DNA of 64,000 bases from a virus. Lineage: Duplodnaviria; Caudoviricetes. The first letter of the stretch is position 1; each line of letters opens with the position of its first letter. Positions 26,701 to 35,780 of this stretch are shown here, piece after piece. The DNA lies in the IMG/VR virus record IMGVR_UViG_3300034128_000011, positions 3,389 through 67,388 of that record; one strand, given 5' to 3'. A program made the translations under genes and the position numbers. The notes below the pieces were generated by a model. That model worked only from the letters and a program-made list of their open reading frames with translations. It was not told where the DNA came from and did not search any database.

Positions 26701-29700
26701 TAACTGCAGACATCTGTTGATAATCAAAAACCTTTTGCCGCCCAACTCTTACCGCGCTCTCCAATCGTGGGTTGGCTGGCAAGAATGTGTTCTCGAACCA
26801 ATGATGAAGATTCGGAGCAATGGATTGGACATCCCTATTGGTGAGAAGCATTCGCATGTATTCGCTGAATCCTTCGTTCAGATCCCCACGCTGTGGATCA
26901 TAGTCAAGCCGCGACATCTCAAGGCGGATCATTGCATTCTGCCTGCTCGTCAGCAGATTGTTTGTTTCAAGATAGTTCTTCCAGATGTGATGACCAAGCT
27001 CATGCGTCATCGCATCAAGGTTCCCATACTGACGCAACCAGATGGATCCAGCCTTTTCGTTATATACGCCTTCTTCTTTGAGACGCCCATTGCCAAAGAC
27101 AATAGAGCGGAAGCGCATCAGCTTGCCCTTGGTAGTGATCGGCAATTGGAATGTCGATTCGAAGTGGTGGACAATGGATTCGATCGTGACTTCTGTCGTT
27201 CCTTGTGGTGGAGACGCCGCCCCTGTTTGATTCGCTGCGGGGATATAGGACAAACGGCGCGATGGAGACATCGTCGGTGGAACACCAGTGGCAGGCTGAT
27301 CAGCATATTTCTCCGCTTCTATTTCCTCGTCTGGCGTCATCTTGCGCACGATCTGCCGTTTTCTGATCCCCTGTTGAGCAGTTGTTTCCCAGACCAGATC
27401 CATCGGTATGCGCATTAGTCCATCGGCTTCAACGCCAGCATCGACATCAATGTACTTGGTGCCAGACTGGCCTGTCACGATGTCTTTTATCACCCCACCT
27501 TCGATAAATTTCCCTGTGACTGGATCAATAAAGTTGGCAGTACCACCCTTGACCAGACTGTCGCGGTATATTTTCGCGCCCTCATGATCTACTTCGCCTG
27601 CGGCCACTTCGATCTCTTCGATCTTGTAGCGTTGGAATTTGACCTCATCCCTCATGAGATCACTGAGGTTTGGCAAGGACTGTATTGATGGTTCCGTTTT
27701 GCCGCGATAGGTGAGCTCATCGAAGAAGTTGCGGATCAGAGCACGATGTATGATATCGTCACTCTTGTTCATGTGCTGCACAAGCTGAACCGCCTGCCTC
27801 AATATTGGAAGTGTAACGCGAGCTCCGCTTTCTGTCTCGTATGGTTCGAATGGTTCATAGTTGCCATATCGCACAGTCTCGACCAGAAGGCGAGTTTCGC
27901 GCCATCCCATCTCTTCCGACTTATTGCCGAAGATATCCAGCGCTCCCAGATCCTGCTGGATCTCGTCGATGATAAACTTTTTGAACGACTCAGCATTCGC
28001 TGGATCTTCTTTTATGGTGACCTCTTCCTTGATCGACGCAACTTCCCCAAGTGTTGTCGGACTGTGTTTTGCCATCCACTTCACGCCCGCAATATTCTCG
28101 CTTGTTGCCTTGTCGTGCGCCACACCCACCCGCCGTGATCCATTCTCAACAGTTGGAGTGATGTCAGCCATCATGATCTTGCCATTCTCGGTAAAGAATT
28201 CTTTCTCGCCGATGAATGCAATATGCCCATCGCTCGTTGGAGATCTATGCAGCTCGGCAATGATCTCTGCATCGACTGGTTCGACCTCTACATCAAGCTC
28301 CCTTCTCACACGCTTTGATTCAACGCTGCCAGCAAGATGAGTGAACAGTCGTTCGAGATCAGTCGCTTCCGCTCTTAGATTGTAAAGTGCCGTGGATATA
28401 CCAGTTCTCTTGAGCACAGCCATCTGAAGAGATTCGCTTTCGACCCTCTCAACACCCTGCTCCTTTGCCAGCTTCTGCGCCTTCTTGATCTCGCTTTTTA
28501 CAAGAACACTTGTACTCTTCAGATCCGCCTTGGCTTTTGCGAGATCATCGTATACTGCCTGCAGCTCGCGACCGATCGTGGTGACATGATCCAGCAATAG
28601 TTTGCTGGCAGAAGCTCGCTTCATATCCGCCAGATGAGTTTCTACCTTGATCCTCTTCGGCACAGAGTTGACCCTGTCAACACCATATTCCTTGTTTCGC
28701 ACAGCAGAAAGATATCGAATAATGAGATCGTCTGTCGCTTTGGCTTCGATACGCTCTGCTGGTGTCAGCTCTGTATATGGATCGCTGATGTCAATCTTCA
28801 GCACATTCTGCAGATGAGCGGCAACGCGATCCCTTTGCATCGCATCGTGGATGAATTCTTTTGCTTCTCTGAGGGTGTTGAACCGTACACCATCATTCGT
28901 GTACGATTTGAATATCTGATGCAGCGCTTCCATGAGCATATGTGGATCATTAAGATTTGGGACGCCCACAGTTCCCAATCGACGATTCACGATCGGAGCT
29001 ACTTCGTTGTGCATCCATCGTACAAGATGGGATCCAATTCCAGAATAGTCTCGCCCTGTGGCCTTCTGACCAAGCGCTGGCTTTACGTAGACAGGATCCT
29101 TGTAGTTAAACCAGCGTCCTATCGCTTCCTTCGTTGGGTCGGAAAGCTCGTGCCCTTTGAACCTCTTGAGTGCAGTCTGCCAGAATTCCGTAGCCCACTG
29201 TTGGAAGCGTGCAATTGGGCCAGCCAATTCTTTTGAGAGATGGCGATGCCCAGTTCGGATAAAGAACTGATCGGCAATGTCTCCCATCTGCTCCATTGCA
29301 TTGCGCAACCGTAACTCCATCTGTGGCGGCGCCACTCCACGCTGAACCATTACGAAGAGATCTGCGAACTCGCCAGTCCGTAATCCGACCGTGCCTTCGA
29401 ACTGATTGATGTCAGCAATCAACTGGTTCTTTGTGCGATTGAAATCATTGACCATCTCATCCGCTGGATCCATGGATGAGATCTTGCGATTGATCTCGCG
29501 CAACGTCATAGCCATATCGGCAAAGAAAAGCTGGAACGAATTGCCCATGAAACTTCGCGCATTTGGCGACTTCAACGCATTAAGAACGATCTCTCCGTTC
29601 TTCCTGAACTCGATAGCAGTTTCATCGCCACGATAGGCAACTGCTCCCTGCCCTATCTTCTCCTGTCCAGATCCGCGAGCTTCAATTCCGCGAATGCGGT

Positions 29701-32700
29701 ACCACGTCTCTGGTGACTCACCAGTCATCTCCGCCCAACGGGCAGCGTGCTGATCATAAAATTCCAGACCAGCATCGACCAACTTCTCATCACCAGATCC
29801 CCAATCAGTCTTTATCAACTGTTCTCTGAACTTGGCGCGATCAGGTGAGGATTTCGCTTGGCGTATAAGATCGTCGCGCTTAGGAAGGTCATTCTGAGTG
29901 CGCTGTTTTTTTGCAATTCCCTGTCCAGTGGTGACGATCTCTCTTGCGGTGACTGGGGATCCGTCTTCGTTGGTTCCTGATTCGATTCTGGCGGCTGTGG
30001 CGTCATCGACTCCTGCATTTTTCATCCCTTTCTTAGCTGCTTCAACGCGCTGCTGCATGACCTTTTCCATATCAGCAGTAATCTCTGGCATCATTTCTTT
30101 GGGAAACACTTCTCTCAGATATCGCATGGTATCATGACCAAGAGCATCGAATCGCTGGATCATGGCATCCGCGAATTCCTCGAATGTCTTTCCGTCTGCC
30201 TTGTATTTGGCCAGAACCTTCTGAAACTGTTCCGTTATGAACGGAACCTTGCTGGGATCAAACGCCCCACTCGCTTTAGGAGCGTACGCGCGACGACCCT
30301 TCTTAATCGGCAGGCTGTTCCCCTCTTCAAAGAGATTGTCCAGCTCTGACAGCGCATCCAGCGCATCCTTGTCACCAGCAACAACATCTTCAACCTTGGC
30401 TATTGGCGGCGCCTTAGCTGTGGGATCAAGCGCCTTACCGCGATCGCGAACTTCCACTCTCCATTCATTGCCGCGCTGTACTGCTTGAGCATCACGGTTT
30501 GGATTGGCCCGCGTCAGATTGTTGGCCGCCTTTTTTGCCAGTATTTCGCTGGCATACGTAGCGGGAGCCGTTTCGTTCTTGCGCGTGAATTCCGTCCATG
30601 GTGCACTAGACTCTTCTGCCACTCGCGATGAAGTCGCCAGCCCAAGTCGTTCATTGTCCCTGAGAATACGGCCAGATTTTCTCGTCACCTTTGGAGCCGT
30701 GGTAGATTCAATGATCTCCATAGCTTTGGCAATCTCTGGATCTGTATATCCAATCCCTATGGGTTTTACAAGATCTGAGCGACCAGCTTTCGTTAGGATC
30801 TCTGCATTCTCAGGCTTTCTGACAAATCCTTCGCCCATCTCTCTTACAAATTGATGTTCAGAAGTGTTATAGTCTTTACCCTTCACCGTCTCAGTCCTTG
30901 ACAGCGCCTCCTTAATCTCTGGCAAAGTCATTTTCCCACCAATAGCCCACGCCATATTGGACTGACCAGTCATTTCTTCTATGGCACCCGTAACCTCTTT
31001 GCCTAAAAATTTGCGGACATATTCTGCGGCATTCCGCATCGGTAATAGCGAGCGCCGCTTGTATTCTCCTATTGCTGCAGCCGCTCTTGTGGCAAGATCA
31101 GGAGCAGCAGGTAGGACGGCCTGCTGCCCCTTTGCAGGCTCAGCAGTGGACTGCTGCTGAACCCGAACTTTATCAAACAATTCCTGTTTGCCCTTTGGCG
31201 TGTCGGGTGCTTCAGTTTTGCCCCCTGTACGCACACCATTTTTGCCCACTGGTTTCGTCGCATCTGCTGACCAGATCTCTCCTTTGGCCGTACGAAAATA
31301 CTCTCTGTCACCAGCAAAGGCTATGTGTCCTCTTGAGTGCGGCGTCTTCTCCAGATCGACTGTTGTCTGGAGCGATGCCTGCAGATCCTTGTCTGGTGCC
31401 CCACCCTTGACTGGCGTCTTCACTTCTGGGACTGTTTGTTCAGAAGCTGCCTGCTCAGGAGCCGTTTGGCGAGATTGTTTTTTGACACGCCCAGTTCTTG
31501 TCACCTTTGGAGCTGAGGGCTTGATAGGCGCATCTGCAACTATCTTGCTGCCTTCAGGTGATCGAGCAATGGCGAGTCTGTCGATTCCAACCGCCAGCTT
31601 TTTGAACGCCGCTTCAGTGAGTTTCGGATCATCAAGAGCTGTTAGAGATTCCTTCGCTATGTTGAGAAGATTGTTGTACATATTCTTCTGCACTTCACCT
31701 ACACCAGCACCTGCTGCCGCCATCTCGTCAGATATTGTCTGAACAACTCCACGAAGTTTCTCACGAAGAGCGACCTTCGATGTCTCCATATCAACCGATG
31801 GTTTCGCTGGCGCACCTGCTTCCTTGGCAGTAGGAACTGCAGTCGGTGGTGCGGGTGGAGCCGCTGCTGTTTCGGCGGCAAGAACTTCCTCTGACTTCTG
31901 AGAAGGCGACACATTGCCAAAGCGTTTCAACTTTGCCAGCTTCGCCTGCAGGTTCGTAATGTTCTCAGGAGACTGCCCCTTCACCGCAAGTGCGCGCTCA
32001 GTGAGATCAATGGTTCCTGCTATGTACGCCTCTGGATTCGTCTGCAGGACTTCGATCGCCTTGTTGACCGCTACTGCATTCGGGGCTTGCTCCTGATTCG
32101 TTCCAATTGCGGCGCGCATTTTCTCAAGCTCGCCGACCTCTTCTGCCACGAAATCATCCTTCTCTTTCTGTGTCATCGCAGCATTGGGATCGCGCGCAGG
32201 AGAGTCCGTACCCGTTGGGATTGCTGTCTGTTCGTTACGCGGTTTTGGAATAGTGTCGTCACGCAACTGATCGACAAGATCCATGGCTTCCCGCCGCTTC
32301 ACTTCAGCATCATAGAAAGCCTTTTCTGCCACGATCTGATCGAGTGGCTTAGCCTGATCGAGAGAGTTGTACTTTGCCATTGGATCAACTGTTTCACCAC
32401 CTGCATACACGCGGGCCGCTTCATATTTATTCCTTACAAAGCCATGGGCTTTCTTGAACACCACGAGTCCGATGGCGGCATCCAGCAATGACGCGATGGC
32501 AATCGCATACTCTGGCGGCTCGAATTTCTCCGTTTCGCTCAGCTCCCTGAGTGAAGTCGAGATTGGAGCAAACCCTTTTTCGAACAGTGATGTGGATTCT
32601 GGAACAGCGGCCTCAATCAATTTCTGGCCAGCCTGAAAAAGAACGCCGCCCCCAGTTGTGTTCATCATCCCAGCAAATGTCCCATGGATTATTCCACCAA

Positions 32701-33649
32701 CATCGTACAGAACCCCAGTGGCAATTCCTTCCGTTGTCCCTTTGCTGTACTGCTTCCGCGCCTTGGCCCTTGATTCACTGATCGCCTGCGCCCCACCTGC
32801 CAGTCCCTGTGGGAGCAGATCTAACGTCATCGCTACTCCGTCGATAACCTCTTTCTTGAGCTCCTGCGGAATGTACTGGTTTATGAACTTTACCATCGGA
32901 GTCTTATTTAAGAGCCAGTCGATCGTTTGCAGTGTCGATCGTTGTGTTGAGGATTCTATCGCAGCAGACTCTTCTGGCTTGATATACAGTTTGTCCACAA
33001 GCGTTTTCATTGGGCCATAGGCCATGACCCCGCCGATTCTTTCCAGTGTCGATGGGCCTGTTGGAGATCCCATTAGAGCAAGACCTTCTGGCTGGACGCC
33101 TGTGTAGCCAGGAAGCTGCGTGAAAACCGTGGATGGCTTCGGCCTCTGTGAAGTGAAGATCGAAAACGGATCCCCTTCATTCATGCCGATCCGCTGGGGC
33201 TTCTCGCCAGATGGCGGGGGCGTCGGATATCCGCTATGCTTCGTTATTGCGAACGGGAACTGCGAATCGAACATCGACGATGGATAGCCCTGATTCTTGA
33301 CAAGATTGTCACCCTCAGTCGGTGACATAGGCGTCGCATTCCTATTGAATGCAGACGCATCAAATGTTTCTGGTGTCGTCCATGGAGCTGCAGGAACCGC
33401 AGAGAAAGGTTCTTGAGGGGTTAGCAGAGATTTGCCAGTCTCGCTTATTGACTGTTGACTTTCAGCGGATGGAACAGCAGCGGGTGGAGCCGTGGTAGGT
33501 GTGGCGGCGTTTTTAGGCCACCATTGGCTTGTCTCAAGTTCTGAGGCACGAGCGAGAATGTCGGGATCAGTTGGGTCAAAGGCACCAGAATCTCTCTGTG
33601 CCTGAACGTGCTCCAACTGCAGAGCGCGTTCGAGAAGATCTTTGTCCAT
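23750..33649 (-). CDS. 3299-aa large polyvalent/ejected internal virion protein with zincin metallopeptidase and LPD38-like domains
   Basis: EGVYNEK...THELGHH at ~aa 2216; C-terminal FFNPSIQG...W..LP.WE...RLPMPFEYG...NKDLFRNRPL; follows two ejection-like genes. Confidence 0.8.
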   Translation of the reverse strand: MDKDLLERALQLEHVQAQRDSGAFDPTDPDILARASELETSQWWPKNAATPTTAPPAAVPSAESQQSISETGKSLLTPQEPFSAVPAAPWTTPETFDASAFNRNATPMSPTEGDNLVKNQGYPSSMFDSQFPFAITKHSGYPTPPPSGEKPQRIGMNEGDPFSIFTSQRPKPSTVFTQLPGYTGVQPEGLALMGSPTGPSTLERIGGVMAYGPMKTLVDKLYIKPEESAAIESSTQRSTLQTIDWLLNKTPMVKFINQYIPQELKKEVIDGVAMTLDLLPQGLAGGAQAISESRAKARKQYSKGTTEGIATGVLYDVGGIIHGTFAGMMNTTGGGVLFQAGQKLIEAAVPESTSLFEKGFAPISTSLRELSETEKFEPPEYAIAIASLLDAAIGLVVFKKAHGFVRNKYEAARVYAGGETVDPMAKYNSLDQAKPLDQIVAEKAFYDAEVKRREAMDLVDQLRDDTIPKPRNEQTAIPTGTDSPARDPNAAMTQKEKDDFVAEEVGELEKMRAAIGTNQEQAPNAVAVNKAIEVLQTNPEAYIAGTIDLTERALAVKGQSPENITNLQAKLAKLKRFGNVSPSQKSEEVLAAETAAAPPAPPTAVPTAKEAGAPAKPSVDMETSKVALREKLRGVVQTISDEMAAAGAGVGEVQKNMYNNLLNIAKESLTALDDPKLTEAAFKKLAVGIDRLAIARSPEGSKIVADAPIKPSAPKVTRTGRVKKQSRQTAPEQAASEQTVPEVKTPVKGGAPDKDLQASLQTTVDLEKTPHSRGHIAFAGDREYFRTAKGEIWSADATKPVGKNGVRTGGKTEAPDTPKGKQELFDKVRVQQQSTAEPAKGQQAVLPAAPDLATRAAAAIGEYKRRSLLPMRNAAEYVRKFLGKEVTGAIEEMTGQSNMAWAIGGKMTLPEIKEALSRTETVKGKDYNTSEHQFVREMGEGFVRKPENAEILTKAGRSDLVKPIGIGYTDPEIAKAMEIIESTTAPKVTRKSGRILRDNERLGLATSSRVAEESSAPWTEFTRKNETAPATYASEILAKKAANNLTRANPNRDAQAVQRGNEWRVEVRDRGKALDPTAKAPPIAKVEDVVAGDKDALDALSELDNLFEEGNSLPIKKGRRAYAPKASGAFDPSKVPFITEQFQKVLAKYKADGKTFEEFADAMIQRFDALGHDTMRYLREVFPKEMMPEITADMEKVMQQRVEAAKKGMKNAGVDDATAARIESGTNEDGSPVTAREIVTTGQGIAKKQRTQNDLPKRDDLIRQAKSSPDRAKFREQLIKTDWGSGDEKLVDAGLEFYDQHAARWAEMTGESPETWYRIRGIEARGSGQEKIGQGAVAYRGDETAIEFRKNGEIVLNALKSPNARSFMGNSFQLFFADMAMTLREINRKISSMDPADEMVNDFNRTKNQLIADINQFEGTVGLRTGEFADLFVMVQRGVAPPQMELRLRNAMEQMGDIADQFFIRTGHRHLSKELAGPIARFQQWATEFWQTALKRFKGHELSDPTKEAIGRWFNYKDPVYVKPALGQKATGRDYSGIGSHLVRWMHNEVAPIVNRRLGTVGVPNLNDPHMLMEALHQIFKSYTNDGVRFNTLREAKEFIHDAMQRDRVAAHLQNVLKIDISDPYTELTPAERIEAKATDDLIIRYLSAVRNKEYGVDRVNSVPKRIKVETHLADMKRASASKLLLDHVTTIGRELQAVYDDLAKAKADLKSTSVLVKSEIKKAQKLAKEQGVERVESESLQMAVLKRTGISTALYNLRAEATDLERLFTHLAGSVESKRVRRELDVEVEPVDAEIIAELHRSPTSDGHIAFIGEKEFFTENGKIMMADITPTVENGSRRVGVAHDKATSENIAGVKWMAKHSPTTLGEVASIKEEVTIKEDPANAESFKKFIIDEIQQDLGALDIFGNKSEEMGWRETRLLVETVRYGNYEPFEPYETESGARVTLPILRQAVQLVQHMNKSDDIIHRALIRNFFDELTYRGKTEPSIQSLPNLSDLMRDEVKFQRYKIEEIEVAAGEVDHEGAKIYRDSLVKGGTANFIDPVTGKFIEGGVIKDIVTGQSGTKYIDVDAGVEADGLMRIPMDLVWETTAQQGIRKRQIVRKMTPDEEIEAEKYADQPATGVPPTMSPSRRLSYIPAANQTGAASPPQGTTEVTIESIVHHFESTFQLPITTKGKLMRFRSIVFGNGRLKEEGVYNEKAGSIWLRQYGNLDAMTHELGHHIWKNYLETNNLLTSRQNAMIRLEMSRLDYDPQRGDLNEGFSEYMRMLLTNRDVQSIAPNLHHWFENTFLPANPRLESAVRVGRQKVFDYQQMSAVTKANSLLDNIGGGKFSDLTFKDKAVATWDWIKQSGPLHWTNTNDPLERWTKEILTARSTPEMVAYYSPSRDPAQLRMYTQKSAPAKARYWVEKGIYNFRGDLVCESLQSMISTLANGDMQRLKNGVTYAFARHAEELLGRTEADRITPKPVNVGLSIGEIQRIRQQFSDPAYEVFAQGLARWNHAVLGYLAEAGGLTFEEAEIIRLSNMMYIPLKIAYEGHWDMELGKWYKRGAEYDERLAGSGGRGMVDLAKPFHKITGSKMGKVNPIESMIFQAERLIALADKARAARAMAELADMTDGLAPWIEEVNPMKATTVRVEAMATQLTRMGMSVPASSVDKLVTIFSNADQYYGQENVVSVVHNGRRRWFKINSALYEGFQNMSYRQYSPIWNLLFAPARWTRVGTTGYNAAFNLITNPIRDTQTAYLQNQKDEASRNIFKAMAQVWGDMTGNTMRKVGINIARNPEIEAARIQWEAGGGAMSQPLGQEMFGQSNIQRMVNDAVLKGHIKGRLVDIGNHPVEALGKVIDAYKRFISAPEAVPRIAEYRRVMDKYKGQIARAEANGEMELANRLREDRVVEAGNAAAEISVNFRRAGIYGQFLNQLIPFFNPSIQGMSKMYRSFRQAPAETFLRSSKLTLITMGLFALNKDEEWYKALPPWERFGFWHFSIGKDIIRLPMPFEYGYIFGGIPQAVLCDMYYGSGTEHTRSVIDEMARNLLPVNIAPITTDLNLLGGDLDILEAGVEEIIQLGAEVAAARPIIEARLNKDLFRNRPLIPKDLEDVQHWLQYTTNTPETIKRIGAMFSGTGLSPIILDHLMSGYTGGLAREFLKAPTTFGLLKSSMPTEKSDLAFVGRLFTRKNVVGFGSNDVQTFYNTLDKINEAKKTIDKIDPKSGGKPLNEEALQVALLGGHITKVERAQYKLYKPFNDVRLHLQMQRRVENGLRDSKDMPDELKEKISESIALDVREKVMEANRLAKMIPYME

Positions 33650-34875
33650 TATGGTTTCTCCACAAAATTCCTCTGTGACGTACTCCGCGAACTACCATTA
33701 CGTTCCTTCGCCAGCTCTTTGTGCAGCCATTCCACTGCCGCTGGGATGAGATTTGCTGGATCCTTTTCGTTCGTATGCTTCATGATCTTAGCTTTGGCGT
33801 TTGGCCCAGCCATGATCTTGACCCACTCAGCAGGATCATTGAGATTTTCCTTTTCCTGTATGCCCAGTGGAGCATTCTCATCGGTGAGATCCATGACCTT
33901 AAACGTGATCGGATCAATGTACTTTTTCTGCTGAGCAATGACCGCCTGTTCCCCTTCGTACTTCGATCTCCTTTTTTCGTACTCGTTACCTGTACGAATC
34001 GCGTCAGAGAAAGCGGCAGCTTCGGCTGGATCGCGAGTTTCCTTACCTTCCTTCTTCTGCTTTATAACCAGTGCTTTCTCGGCGATCTTCTTTTTGTCCT
34101 CTTCACTTTTGTCATCGAATCCCCTATACAATTCCTCAAGAGTCTCCCCTTCAGGTGTAGTTGCGGACTTGTATTCGTTAAAGATCTTCGCCGCTTTTTG
34201 CACAGCCTTTTCTCCACCCTTCTCATTGATGTAGGTGCGCAAAGCTGTCGTGGCCCTGATCGCATTATTAACGTCGGTCTGGAGAGCTTTCTTACCACTG
34301 GCAGCATCGGATTGCGGCGAAACTGTTTTGATGTCTGGCGGCGCAGGAATATCGTACTTGCCAGTTGTGGCATTGTATAGCATCTTAGGCGTAGTGTAAA
34401 CGCTTTCCTTGTTTGGCCCCGTAGTTACCTGTACTGGCCCACCAGAAGCTATGAGCCCTGAATTCTTCCGTTGGGTCAGCACCCTGTCAATCTGCGCAAC
34501 TCGTTCTTCTGGCTTCATGCCTGCTGTTGCTTCCCATATCATTTCAACTTCCGTTTTGTTTTGATCTGTCGGGAAGAACTTCGGGTAGTTGGCAGAATTG
34601 GCCGCGAGATTTTTCGCCGCCTCTGGATCCACACCCATAATGCGACCTATGGCCTTCTGCGTCGCGCTATACACCTGCTCGCGCGTGGCATTTGGATCAC
34701 CAGCAGCAGCGTTGTAATCACGCATAGCCTCTGTCGTGATCACTTCCTTGCGCATGGCCTGCTCTTGCTTCATCAGCGCGTTCTTGTACTGGGCCTCGCG
34801 CTCCATCGCTCCCATGACTCTCTGACGAAGAGCGTCGGATGGCGACCATTTGGCTGTGTTGATCTGCATTGGCAT
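33649..34875 (-). CDS. Putative ejection (internal core) protein
   Basis: Helical, charged; lies between the pilot-like gene and the giant protein. Confidence 0.55.
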   Translation of the reverse strand: MPMQINTAKWSPSDALRQRVMGAMEREAQYKNALMKQEQAMRKEVITTEAMRDYNAAAGDPNATREQVYSATQKAIGRIMGVDPEAAKNLAANSANYPKFFPTDQNKTEVEMIWEATAGMKPEERVAQIDRVLTQRKNSGLIASGGPVQVTTGPNKESVYTTPKMLYNATTGKYDIPAPPDIKTVSPQSDAASGKKALQTDVNNAIRATTALRTYINEKGGEKAVQKAAKIFNEYKSATTPEGETLEELYRGFDDKSEEDKKKIAEKALVIKQKKEGKETRDPAEAAAFSDAIRTGNEYEKRRSKYEGEQAVIAQQKKYIDPITFKVMDLTDENAPLGIQEKENLNDPAEWVKIMAGPNAKAKIMKHTNEKDPANLIPAAVEWLHKELAKERNGSSRSTSQRNFVEKP

Positions 34876-34889
34876 GTGTTGATTCCTTA

Positions 34890-35771
34890 TCAGGCATACC
34901 CAAGTCGTTTGTCGCGAGCCGCAGCCAGTTTCTCAAGCCGCGTGAAAAAATCTTCTTGCTGAGAACGGGCCGCCATAGTCTCACCGACGTTGGCCATCAC
35001 ATCACTGAAACTCTCTTCTGCTGGCACACCAAACATGGATGCTTCTGCATCGGCGATCTGACTGTTGAAGCGCGACTGGATTCCTTGAACAGCCTGCTTC
35101 ATATTGCGACCCCCAGCAACCGCTATGTTGGTTGTTGCGGGCATGGCAAATGAAGCGGTCTGCTCAGTCTTTCCCAATGCTGCAGCTTGCCTACTGGCAA
35201 TCTGTGATGCCTGACGCATGGCAGATGCTGTGTCCTGCGAGAGTGTCGAGCTCACGGTCTTCGTCTCATAATCGCGAAGGGCGCTGAGCTTGCTGGTATA
35301 CGCATCAATCCTTCTGCGTGCGATCTCTTCAGGGCTCTCCTGTCCGCCCCCGAACATACCCAGTACGCCGCCGATAAACCCACCGAAAGGTGCAACGTCT
35401 TTGATGACTTTAGCAGCATCACCAAGAAATCCACTGTCAGCATCCTCTCCAGCAACTTCCGCAACGGTTCCACCAGCAACCTTTTCAATGCCAGTGGACA
35501 CTTTTGGAGTGACCATCGGACTCGATCCAGTTGGCGTACTGCTGAACAGGTTCGGCAGCGCATCAGGATCCTTGTTCAACCCAAGGCTCGGCGATGAGCC
35601 AGAGAAAGGATTGGACGAATTGAGAGAGAATCGGTTCGATGGCACCTGTCCGCGTTCTGCGCTCTTGGCAGGAAGAAGCGACTGCATGAAGCTATTCAGC
35701 TTCGGCAAGGCGTAACTGCCGATCTGAGAGCCGCTGTAGAAATTCCGCAGTAGATCTGATGCTCGTGCCAT
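34890..35771 (-). CDS. Putative DNA pilot/ejection protein
   Basis: GGFIGGVLGMFGGG hydrophobic Gly segment followed by an A/Q/S-rich helix; directly after the nozzle gene. Confidence 0.6.
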   Translation of the reverse strand: MARASDLLRNFYSGSQIGSYALPKLNSFMQSLLPAKSAERGQVPSNRFSLNSSNPFSGSSPSLGLNKDPDALPNLFSSTPTGSSPMVTPKVSTGIEKVAGGTVAEVAGEDADSGFLGDAAKVIKDVAPFGGFIGGVLGMFGGGQESPEEIARRRIDAYTSKLSALRDYETKTVSSTLSQDTASAMRQASQIASRQAAALGKTEQTASFAMPATTNIAVAGGRNMKQAVQGIQSRFNSQIADAEASMFGVPAEESFSDVMANVGETMAARSQQEDFFTRLEKLAAARDKRLGYA

Positions 35772-35780
35772 GGGTAGCTC

